Source: Leucoraja ocellata
Taxonomy: Eukaryota
Length of the DNA: 64,000 nucleotides
Reading direction: 5' to 3'
Assembly (NCBI GenBank): GCA_036785375.1
Contig: JAWMAR010000156.1
Location: forward strand, 3,224,001-3,288,000
A program made the translations under genes and the position numbers. Under the pieces are notes generated by a model. That model worked only from the letters and a program-made list of their open reading frames with translations. It ran no database searches and was not told the DNA's origin. This document shows positions 51,681 through 63,059 of the stretch, one piece after another (position 1 is the first letter of the stretch; every line of letters starts with the position of its first letter).

Positions 51681-52780
51681 GAAACACATTTGGTCCTATC
51701 CTTAACATGTCTACATAACATGTTTTCAAGCAGAAGTCACTGAATACAATTGGGAAAATTGGCTGAATTGACTAAAGCTTGGGGACATCAAAGCTAATAG
51801 TTGTACAGTTTTAACACAACAGCTAAAATCAGTACTCTGTGCAAATTTACATATTGATGTTGCCACCAAACTGTAAGGTTAAACAATTTAAACTTTATAT
51901 TTCAGTTTAAACATAAGTTTTCAATCTACCTATACATTTATTTACGTACTTAAATATGCATATGCACTCACAGTAGGCACTAACCATTTCAAGCTTCATG
52001 TATATACAATCATTAACAATTCTTAACCTCAGTTAAGAATGTTTAATTCTGGTTCTAGCCACACTTATTTGCAAAGAGGATTATTTATACATTAAAGATT
52101 TATCGTACTGATGAGTTTTGCCTCTACAAATATCTACAAATGTACAGATTTTGTACAAGTACTGTACAAAAACTCATAACTATGATATTTCAAAATAATA
52201 GAAACTTGGAATATAGCCTCAATCCCCCCCCCCCCCCCAGTGTTAAAATGTTCATTTGGCTCCAAACGTGACATGGTTATTTTGAGATTGGTAGAGCAAG
52301 TTCATAGCCTTTCAAATCCTTGAAAACTAGATGGAAAAATGGAAAACTAAAAAAACTGGCAAAGGTTAAGATTTATTTAAGAGTAGTAACCCCAGAAGTG
52401 ATCAATGAGTCTTTGTTTTAAAAGGTCAAGCAGTAAGAAACGTATTGGGGCAGAGAAATGAATGAGCTGATATGAAAGTGTTGAGCTTTTTTGCTATCAA
52501 TGATTGGTCTAATTAAGATAAATGGTTTGCACATTTGTGGATTGGATTAAAGTAAAACAGGAGCAAACCTTTGATCTTTGACATTGAAATGTGCAAATTC
52601 TTAAGAAAGAATCCTTGAAATTAGTTGCATTTGTGTCTCAAATACGGTAGTTAAATTTGTTATTTAAAATTAATGTAGAATATAGACAGTCCATTACTAA
52701 TATTTCAGTGCTAATGTAATTGTGGGAACATTTAGAGAGTAATAACAAAGATATAATTCATTCAAACGTTGTGATTTGTA

Positions 52781-54008
52781 TCCAAATTTGAGCGTTGAAA
52801 AAACGCTGCCACTTACGGCTGTGATTTTGGCCACCTTACTCGCAGTCCCCCTCCGCTGCGCACCACAAGAGGATTTTTCCCATCGATTAAAAATAAAAGA
52901 GTTATTAGTGTTTACAAAATGTTGAGATTCTCTCTCATGAAGGTCATGCCCCTTCCAGAGGGACTATAAAACCCGGAAGTGTTGAGTGTCTCAGTCAGTC
53001 TCTGCAAGATGGGGGAGCGAGAGGGTCACGTCTCTCAGTCTGAGCTGTGAATAACACTGAACACATGTCTACTAAACTGCGGGTGGTTTTACTGACCTAT
53101 CAGTGCCCTTAATGTGGTTTGAAAATATAGTTTGGAAATGCTAAGCTGTGTTGCCTTTGGTTTGGAAGTGCTAAAGCTGTGTTGCCTTTGGTTTGGAAAT
53201 GCTAAAGCTGTGTTGCCTATGGTTTGGAAATGCTAAAGCTGTGTTGCCTAATTAAAGTTGCCTTGCCTAATTAAAGTTGCCTTGCCTAATTAAAGTTGCC
53301 TTGCCTTCTGTATCATTAAAAGTCTAATCCTGACCACTTCCTGTTTGAACTTTATATTGAATTTAGAAAAAAACGCTGCCACATATGGCTGTGGTTTTTG
53401 GCCTTCTTACTCGGAGTCCACCTCCGTTCATCAGGTGCCGAGGATTTTTCCCATGAAAAATAAAAGAGTTATTAATGTTTAAAAAACGTTGAGATTCTCT
53501 CTCCTGTCAATCAAGCCATGAAGGCCACGCCCCTTCTGATGGGAGGGGGGTGAGGGACTATAAAACCCAGAAGTGTGGGCGTGGCTCAGTCTCTGCAAGA
53601 TGGAGGAGGGAGAGGTCACGATTCGTTGTCTCTAGTTGCCTTGTACCCTGCTTGAAATGGTATGAAACTGCACTTGAATCTGGTAGCCTTGCACCCTGTT
53701 TGAAGTGGTAAGAAACTGCACTTTAATTTGGTGGCCTTGCACCCTGCTTGAAATGGAATTTCAACGGAGTCAACTGCCAGCCCACCAGCCATGAGTGACT
53801 GAGCTGCCAGCACAACAGGCTTGAGTGACTGAGCCACCAGCCCAATAATCCATTTGCCCACAATGTCCATACTAGGGCTCCAGAAAGCCCCCCCCCCCCC
53901 CCCCCCCCCCGACCACCAATATTAGAATTGGTGGAGAGGTGGAATATTGCGTTGGGGTACCAGCCCTCTCATGTGATGCTGGGACCCAACGGGTCCCACT
54001 TACTCTAG
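52781..54008 (+). mobile_element. Non-autonomous Helitron-like element (5' boundary uncertain)
   Basis: 3' hairpin TGGGACCC-AAC-GGGTCCCA (53980-53998), then CTAG (54005-54008) followed by T. Candidate A|TC start at 52781. Internal duplications and minisatellites. Confidence 0.7.
53131..53303 (+). repeat. Minisatellites: ~31-bp unit x4, then 19-bp unit x3
   Basis: Repeats of tttggaaatgctaaagctgtgttgcctttgg followed by repeats of cctaattaaagttgccttg. Confidence 0.9.
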
Positions 54009-54490
54009 TAATCTTAATAAAGCTTCGATGTGATAACTGATATGTTAATATTATGGTAACAATTACATTGAGGATATTGACAATATACCATTGCTATAAA
54101 ATAATTAATAGCTGATCATAATTTTAAAATTGGTTATGTTTAGACTATTAAGACCTTGAGGATTTTTTTTTTAATTCTGCAATGATTCACTGCACACTTG
54201 TAATAGCACAGGCACTTAGAGACAATAATGGCTGCAATCAATGTTATCCAAGTAAAATAATTTATTTTAAGTCGGCAAATGATCTAATTTAGTTTTTATG
54301 GGATTTTCTTGTCTCAACAATTATATCAGTAAAATCATGAGATAAAATTCAATGTTCCCTCTGCCAAACCTTTATCAGCAGTCTAAATGCATCTGCTAAT
54401 TTTTGTGTGTCTTTGCTATTTATTTTGCAGTTTCGTTATATTATTCTGGATCGCAATTGAACATTTATTTGGATCTTAGTTAGATTTACA

Positions 54491-54570
54491 ATGAGCTCCC
54501 GGGCCCTGAACAGAAAAGGTGGCCTTCAGTACTGTAGACACTTCCTATCAGACAATGGCCATATTCCATG
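54491..54570 (+). CDS. PLCH1: PLCH1 first coding exon (exon 54431-54570) with an apparent +1 frameshift
   Basis: Acceptor tttgcag at 54430. Encodes MSSRALNRKGGLQYCRHFLSDNG..., similar to the PLCH1 N-terminus as I recall it (QYRRHFLVDNSVFH-VERC). Donor |gtaagt. It has 80 coding nt where 79 would be needed. Confidence 0.75.
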
Positions 54571-54719
54571 GTAAGTTACCTCACTTGACATATTTTGATT
54601 TTGAGTGATAAACAGATCATTAAATAGAATAATATACATATGATTAACGGAATGAACTGCAAATGAAGAGAGAAGGCAGCTTAGATGTATTCATATATAT
54701 TCATCTGTCCAGTCGAGAC

Positions 54720-55256
54720 AAATGTGAACCAAAAACTGAGCTTGATGTCTTAATCCCTGAGTTTTTATCTGAACGTGAGTTGGAAGAGACTGCAGTGGTT
54801 GAAACACAAAGTTCAGTTAGTACAGGCAAAGAAACCGGATTCCTCTGGTCAAAGTCAGGGTACTAAAACAGAGCCAAACAAGCCTACATTTGAGTCAATA
54901 TCTCAACCGGTTACACCTGTTACTGTTAGACGATCAGGCAGGATCCGTAAACCTGTAGTCAGGTTAGGTTTGTTAGTTAAATATTTCACTGCACAAATAA
55001 AACAAAAATGTGTACGTATGTAAAATAAATACTGGTTTAAATCAAGTATCACAACAACAAAATTCTAACTGAGTACTTAGATTTAATACTTAAAAAAAAG
55101 GAGAGCAGTGTAAAGTATTCATACATATTCATGTTTATGTTAATGAGTTTCAATGTTCAATATAAGCAGGGAATGCTGGGTAATAAATCTCTCTCTCATG
55201 ATCCAGGCAACCAGTGTGTAAGTCTAATTCTTCATTCTGCCATCCAGAATATAACA
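54720..55256 (+). mobile_element. Gypsy 3' remnant: integrase tail, PPT and 3' LTR (55109-55256)
   Basis: Peptide VTVRRSGRIRKPVVRL, purine tract AAAAAAAAGGAGAG, then TGTAAAGTATTC...GAATATAACA containing TATAA and AATAAA. Confidence 0.6.
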
Positions 55257-56926
55257 GATGACATAAGCAGGTCAATTATAACGCTCAATGGATATTATTA
55301 TGGTGGAGATTGATAGATTTTTGATCAGTATGGGTGTCAGGAGTTATGACGAGAAGGCGGGAAAATTAGGTGAAAGGAAAAAATAGATTGAATGGTGGAG
55401 GAGTCTTGATGGGCTGAATGGTCTAATTCTGCCCCTATAACATAACCTATGGACTTATAAGGACTAACATTGTATGAACTGAGACCTTGTTATCTGCAAT
55501 GGACTTTCATGGATAACAAAGAAGTGTGGATGTTGCAAAGACCCTCTTCTTTGTACTTTATGCACCTCCCAAATAAACGTAAGTGCGCATTATAATGTTC
55601 TAAAAGCATGAGCAAACATTAAAATATTTAAATATCTAAATGGAAATCAGATGAGCCAACAGGCTGCTTCTAGTGAACCAATGATTAGTTTTCAAATCAC
55701 AAACTGCAGCTGTGTAAATAAAGGCCATGATAGTTAAAACGGTGCACAATGCAAGTGTTCTAGTAACTGATCAAGGTACTTACTCAGACAATGTTGGCTC
55801 TGCAACATGTACCTGCATATAGATATTCAGTATTGGAAACACTCTGTTATGGATCCTGGGGCTTATCTCTCAAGTTTCTAGATCAGCTAATTACAAATCA
55901 GTGGATAGTGAGAGCAGTGTCGGAAGGAACTGCAGATGCTGGTTTAAACTGAAGACAGACACACAGAGCTGGAGTAACTCAGCGGGTCAGACAGCATCTC
56001 TGGAGAAAATGAATATAGGTGATATTTTGGGTCGAGACCCTTCTTCAGACTTGGAGTCAGGGGAAAAGGACCCCTTGACTCTCAGCCTGAAGAAGGGGCT
56101 CGACCCGAAGCGTTGCCTATCCCTTTTCTCCAGAGATAATGAGAGCAGGGTGTGCCTCAATTCCAGCAATAATAGATGAAACATAGAAAATAGGTGCAAG
56201 TTTAGGCCATTCGGCCTTTCGAGCCAGCACCACCATTCAATATGATCATGGCTGATCATCCAAAATCAGTTCCCCGTTCCTGCTTTCTCCCCATATCCCT
56301 TGATTCTGTTAGCCCCAAGAGCCAAATCTAACTCTCTCTTGAATACATCATGTGACAATGCAATAATTCAAATCAATGCATGAAAATCTATTCATGTTGA
56401 AATTTGTAGTATTGGATGTTTATTCCTTTTATTCTAAAATGAATGATAATGTTGTCAAAGTTTACCATTGGTTTTCCTTGTGTTGTTGCTTGAAATATTT
56501 TTATAGATTTAATGATGTTTCAGTGATGTAAAAAAAATAAAACTAACTAAAGTTGAATCCTTTATCATCTTCCTTTGGGCTACAACCTAAAGATGGGAAC
56601 AGCTGAAACTCCTTTAAAAATACCTGACGTTTGTTGGTTGCCTTTTTGTGGGAACACATGATTGCTGGTGGATGGAGTTACTGGGAAAGTGGATTTGACA
56701 TTTAGATATCAGAAGAGTGTGAACTTATTGCATATCTTTGCAACAATCCCTGCAGCTTCTCTTCATAAGCTCCATCCTTGGTAGCTCTCTGCCTTTCAGC
56801 TTCTCTCCAAATGCGCAGGTGGAGTCCTTAAAACACAAAGTGGTGATGAATAGATGCTTTCTCCATTGTCGAGACACCTGAAGCAATTTTTTGGGACCTC
56901 ATTACAGCCATTGGATGACTTTTTGC

Positions 56927-57223
56927 TTAGTTTAGTTTAGAGATGCAGCGCAGGAACAGGCCCTTCGGCCCTCCGAGTCTGTGCCGACCAGCGATCCCCG
57001 CATACGAACAATGTCTTGCATGCTAGGGGGCTATTTACAAATATACCAGGCCAATTAACCTGCAAACTTGTACGTCTTTGGCATGTGGGAGGAAACTGAA
57101 TAGCGCGGAGGAAACTCGTGTAGGGGGTACAAACTCCGTACAGACAGCACCCGTAGTCAGGATTGAACCTAGGGCCCTGGAGCTGTAAGGCAACAACTTT
57201 ACCGCTGCGCCATCATGCTACCC
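56927..57223 (-). mobile_element. HE1-like tRNA SINE
   Basis: (tttag)n tail and reverse-complement A/B boxes. Confidence 0.8.
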
Positions 57224-60200
57224 ATTTTGTGCCACCGTTTGTACCACCTCAAGATCTCACTGGTTGATTGCTCATGGCTACAGTATCAAAGAATAGCCTT
57301 GATACCCAAGCAGTAAGCCTGTAGGCATAGAAACAATGAACTACAGATGCTAGTTTATGTTAGCCTATAAACCTGCTACAGGGTACAAAATGATGGGGGA
57401 ATGGATTAGCTGCTGCAGGAAGAAGTCCTCAATGTAGATCTTTGCCATTGTTGTACATGACAGCAGAGATATCTCCGGGTATTTTCTTGTCTCTGGCTCT
57501 TTAGCTCCCCCCCCCCCCCCCCCCCACCTCTATTTTCAGTCTGAAGAAGGATCCCGGCCTGAATTGTCACCCACCCATCCATTTTTCCAGAGATGCTGCC
57601 TGACCTGCTGAGCTACTCCAGCACTTAGTGTCTATCTTTGAGACATGTTAAACCTTGGCCACTGAGTTGTGTAATCGCAGTCTAACTTACAATTGCATTG
57701 GGACTACCAGCTGATGCGATGCACTGGTTCCTCTCACCATTGGGGTTCAGGCATGATGAAGAAGCTCATGGTAGTTGTGACCTCCTGCCAGTTGCCTCTC
57801 AGCAGATCCCCTCTGCCCTGTACAGATACAGATAAGTGAGTCTAGGCTGACTAGAATGATGCTATTTGAAATGAACGAGTGGAATCATTCAATGGTATGG
57901 AAAGTGCACCGTTCAGCTTATAAATTGGAACTTAACTATCTCCAAGGTTTTCTAATTGGCTTCCCTACATAATTTCACAAAGCCACTCCTAAAATCACCT
58001 GGAATATCAAACCAGGGATATTAATATTGGATTTGCCAGCCAATTATTTTTGCCCCCTCCCTTCTAGTCTTGGATTCACCGTTAAGTTCCAGGGATAGTA
58101 ATAGTGTTGAGGACAGAGAGGGTGAAGGGTGTTTAAGGAGATATAAGAGACTGCAGATGCTGGAATTTGCTGGAGCACGAACCGAGCTGCTGGAGGAATC
58201 GGTGGATGAAGCAGAGTCAAAGAACAAACCATTTCAGAGTCCTTCAATTACATTTTAACAGAGAAATCAAAAGGTCATTGACCTGAAAGGTTAATTCCAT
58301 TTCTCTCTTGCTTAGTCTGCTGATTAGTTGCGGTGATGAGCGTAGACAAGATTAAGAAATGTGCCGCCTTTTAGCTCAGATTTCCAGCATTTTCAGTCTC
58401 TTTAGTTTTCATGCACTATGAGCAGCACATTTCAAGGTCACATGAGTATGAACTATTAGAAAATGCACTGATTTGTTAGTATTTTAAGAGCTGGCTTGAG
58501 GGCCAATCCATATACATCATCTCGTACAAGGCATATAACATTCACATCCTATAGCATTTGGCTGTTGTGTAATACAAAACAAGAATTTAAGAATAGATTA
58601 ATGTGAGGTTGGGTCTTTGCAAAAGGATTAACGAGTCGTAACGAATCATGTGCAGAGGTTTCAATCTCTACTTACCGACAGGAATCATTTCCTGACAGGG
58701 TATTGGTAAACAAGGATGTGCTTTGAGTAGTGCCAGGAATTCTTGTCTCCTAGAATGGCTTCCCTTGGGCATCTGGGATGTTAAGTATGGGATGCAGTGT
58801 TGCCATCCCACAGAAATTCATTATGGAGAAAATAGGTTTGTATCATTGATCTATTTTTGCTAAATTACGTGTTTGGAATTTTTCAAACTATGAAACAGCT
58901 TCTTGCCATCTGTTCATGAAGGAACGGGATGTTTTAGGAATGCCTAGAATTGAATGTACCATTATTTCAAATAATGCGAGGCAATAAGATTTAATCACAG
59001 TGAAAAAGGCTGAATGTTAAATTACTGCAAATATAAATTTTTACAAAGTTGTAATTATATTTATATTGTAATCAAGTCACTCGGACTTCATCTTTTAATA
59101 ATTACAATGAATTATGAAGGTGCAAACTGACTCTTATTCTTTTGGAAAGTGACCGTATGAAGAAGGGTCTCGACCTGAAACGTCGCTCATTCCTTCTCTC
59201 CATATATGCTGCCTCACCCGCTGAGTTCCTCCAGCATTTTTGTCCACCGTATAATTTTAATTTCTTTCTTTTCTGTATCACAAATTTTAATAGAATGTTC
59301 TAAGTAATAATACATTTGATTAATAGATCTATGAAGAATTAGTACAAAATATCAAATTATTGGAAGCCTTAATTTTACAGCACAGTTTTCCTCAATTTTA
59401 TCAGTAGTCATCCCATGGTAATTGTGCTGTCATTTTTAGCTTAGATGTTTTAGTTTGCTTCTTTCATTGCAAATCTTGTCTAATTCTATAGCATTTCATT
59501 TAGGATGTTAGTAATCAGCAGTTGAGAGGAAGTAGTGCATGATATGCTAGGATGAAGAGATGTCAGATATTTCTGAGCAACTTTCCAAATAAGTTGACAA
59601 ATGAAGAACCAAGCAGAGCCAGTCAAAGATTCACAAGGATGCGAGGCTTCAGAATGCAACTTTGAAATGAGGACAGTGATAAGGGACAGAGTTGAGTTCG
59701 GTCTCAGAACCAGGACAGTTTACTTTAGTTAAAACAAACGGAGAGCCACTGGAGGAACTCAGTGGGACAGGCAGCACCTGTGGAAGTTTTTGGCTGTAGA
59801 TTCTATCATCTGCATCTCTTGTGCCTCTTGTTTAGAAGTTTGTGACGTGCAGGTATTAATTGGGACACCCTGTTCAGTGAAGCCTCCTGTTTCCAGATTG
59901 TTCTGGCTACACAACGGACATAAAAAAATCCAGTAGCACTCTGAGGCAGTAAGTTCTTATGTCATTATTGATCTTCTCCGCTTTGCAGCAGATTAACTAT
60001 TTATTCAACACATTGTATTTTTAGAACTTGCTGCCAAAAATGTGGGTTTATACATTTGTGTGCCACATGATATTCCACCTTAATAGTAGTTCTTTGTATG
60101 TCTGTTAAAGTTTTCCATTTCACTATAAAGTCGTTGTAAATGTCTAGGTTTATATGCTATTTATTTTATTGCTCGGGTAATTTATTTGACATGACCTACT

Positions 60201-60465
60201 TGAGCTTTATTTTAGTGAATTTGACATATCATTTATGTGGAAATTAATTTAAAGTTTTACAGTGTTAAATATATTAATATCTATCATGCTGCGTTTTTCT
60301 CCCACATCTGCAAGCAAAAGTGTACTTTTATTGTTAAAATATTTTGGATAGTTTTTGTTTGTGTCAAAGCTGTCAGTTTGTTTGATGCACTTTTAGCGCT
60401 GTCTGTTTTACGATCAACCTGTTTCGTTGCCCTCCATAATCCATGAATGTTGATCTTCTCCACAG

Positions 60466-60612
60466 TGGAAAGGTGCATGTGTGTAATGCAGTCAGGAACT
60501 CAGATGGTCAAACTGAAGAATGGAAGCAAAGGCTTGGTGCGTCTTTTCTACCTGGATGAACACAGGACCTGCATTCGATGGCGACCATCAAGGAAAAACG
60601 AAAAGGCAAAAA
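60466..60612 (+). CDS. PLCH1: PLCH1 (phospholipase C eta-1) exon, PH domain N-half
   Basis: cacag|, encoding (V)ERCMCVMQSGTQMVKLKNGSKGLVRLFYLDEHRTCIRWRPSRKNEKAK, then |gtacgg. 147 nt, phase 1-1. Position next to C3orf33 favours eta-1 over eta-2. Confidence 0.93.
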
Positions 60613-60682
60613 GTACGGAGATTTAATGCTGCTTTCCGAATGTTGTATTAAAAACGTAAATAAACATAAAACCATATCATTC

Positions 60683-60986
60683 GTTTAGTTTAGAGATGTA
60701 GCGCAGAAACAAGGCCTTCGGCCCACCGCGTCCGCACCAACTGGCGATTCCCGCACATTAACACTATCCTACACACACTAGAGACTATTTTACATTTACA
60801 CCAAGCTAATTAACCAACAAACCTAAACGTCTGAAGTGGGGGTGGAAACTGACTATCTCAGAGAAAGCCCACGCAGATCACAGGGAGAACGTACAGACTC
60901 CGTACAGACAGCACCCATAGTCAGGATTGAATCCAGGTCTCTGGCGCTATAAGGCAGTAGCTCTACCGCTGCGCCACTGTGCCGCC
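60683..60986 (-). mobile_element. HE1-like tRNA SINE
   Basis: Near full-length minus-strand copy with head ggcggcacagtggcgcagcgg. Confidence 0.85.
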
Positions 60987-61837
60987 TTATGCACTTTACA
61001 TTTTTTTGATATGTCATTGTTGGAGCAGGGTGCAACAGTGTTGCATCCGGTAAAGATGCTGCTGCATATTCTACGACACAGGTACAATCCTGACCTCGGG
61101 TGCAGGCTATGTGGAGTGTGCATGTTCTTCCTGTAACCAAATGAATTTCTTCTAGGTGTTCCAGTTACCTCCCATATCCCAAACATGTGCTTATAGATTA
61201 TTTGTCCACCATAATTTGTCTCTGATGTGGGTGGCAGATAAAATCAGGGGGGGGGGGGGGGGGGGGTTGATGTACACATTAGAGAAAGTATGATACTATA
61301 AAGTAAGTGGGGGAATGACGATGTTAGGCATGCTGTGAGAGATAACATGGGTATAATGGGCCAAAAGGCATCCGTTTACGGTAAGGGGATATGAGACGTG
61401 ACGATTTGCCAAAATTCAAACAATGGACTAAAATGGCATGAAAATTAGCTGCACGGCAACATTTATATTATTCCAAATCTGTTTTAATACTTAAAATGAG
61501 CTTGCCATTTGTGTAGCTTTACCATTGATGTGGAAGAAATGCAACAGCTGGGCAAATAGAATATTCCAGAAGAGCACCAGGATGAAAAAATGAATAAATG
61601 TAATGAATCTTCCCACAGATTAAGTACTAATGATTTTTTTTAATACATAATGACAAGCTGCTATTTTGATATCCATCACTTGGACTGAAGCCCAAAATCA
61701 AGCTGCTGTAAGGCACCTCCATATTTAAATAAAAAAGACAAATTAATTCAAAGAAACAGACAAAAATTGTAAAATAACTATGTAAAAAATTAACTTTTCT
61801 GCATGAAGATAACGTACAACTTTTTCTCTCTCACCAG

Positions 61838-62081
61838 TTTCCATCGATTCAATTTGTAAAGTTTTAGAATGGAGCCAATCTACAAACTTTCACCGGCGCC
61901 CTGAAGGGAGCTTTGATCCAAGCTGCTGCTTCAGCATTTACCACGGAAGTCATATGGAGACACTGGACTTGGTAACCTCCAACTCTGAGGATGCACGCAC
62001 TTGGATAACAGGATTAAAATACCTGATGGCCGGAATCAAAGATGAGGATTTGCTTGCCAGACGACTAAGGACTCACGATCA
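61838..62081 (+). CDS. PLCH1: PLCH1 exon, PH domain C-half
   Basis: accag|, encoding (I)SIDSICKV...FDPSCCFSIYHGSHMETLDLV...ARTWITGLKYLMAGIKDEDLLARRLRTHD(Q), then |atatcctt. 244 nt. Confidence 0.93.
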
Positions 62082-63059
62082 ATATCCTTTGTGACACATA
62101 TGGGGAAAAAAAACAGCATTTGTCTCAATTCAGTAAAACAAAATGGAACTTAATAATTACAATTTTACTACTCTGAAAGATGCTAGTTCACTTACTCCAT
62201 TGTTTAATTTTCCATGGTAGATTTAAATTCCTAACCTAAAGGTTACAATCCAGTGCCAATACCATTATGTTATTATATGCACATCGTGTGAGAATATACA
62301 AGAGTACAGCACAGCAGCAGGCCCTTTGGCCAATAAAGTACCTGCTGAACAGCAGAGTCAAGGGATATGGGGAAAAGGCAGGAAAGGGGTACTGATTGTG
62401 GATGATCAGCCAAGATCACAGTGAATGGTGGTGCTGGCTCGAAGTGCCGAATGGCCTACTCCTGCACCTATTGTCTATTGAACATGATGCCAAGTTAAAC
62501 TAATCTCCTCTGCCTGCAAATGATCCATATCCCTCTATTCCCTGCTTATACACATGCCTATCTAATAGCCTCTGAAATGCCACTATTGTATCTGCCCTCT
62601 GACATTTCCACCCTGGGGGAAATGATTGACTGTTTACCCTATCTGTGTCTCTCATAATATTATATACTTCCCATCAGCTCGAGAAAAAGCAATCCAAGTT
62701 ACAATCATCTTCTATATTTATATAGTGTTCAAGAACACTGAATCAGTCTGAAGAAGGGTTTCGGCCCGAAACGTCGCCTATTTCCTTCGCTCCATAGATG
62801 CTGCTGCACCCGCTGAGTTTCTCCGGCATTTTTGTGTACCTTCTATATTTATATATATATATATATTTCAATAGGTGTTATCACAGTAATTACTTGCACA
62901 GCTAATATTTTTAGTGGATTTTATCATGAAAATAACAGTAATACTGAATGGTCAATCTATTTTACTCTGGCTAAATGGAAAATGAGACGTATAAATTGAA
63001 GATAATCCTAATGTATTGACTTCCAATGCAGTTAAGCTTTTCTTTAATTGCACTTTCAC
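62082..63059 (+). other. U12-type AT-AC intron of PLCH1 (978 nt)
   Basis: 5' splice site ATATCCTTT, branch-like TTCTTTAAT at 63040-63048, 3' end TTTCAC. Splicing gives CA|G TGG, in-frame ...THDQWMKQ. Confidence 0.93.
62744..62790 (+). ncRNA. Putative minimal hammerhead ribozyme in a Penelope-derived insert
   Basis: CTGAAGA (62748) + A + GGGT-TTCG-GCCC + GAAA + CGTC. Predicted cleavage after GUC at 62775. Stem I is weak. Confidence 0.55.

Noticed and set aside
53131-53303. Regular ~31-bp repeats resembling a CRISPR array
   Set aside because: The units are contiguous with no unique spacers, there are no cas genes, and the context is vertebrate. This is a minisatellite inside a Helitron.
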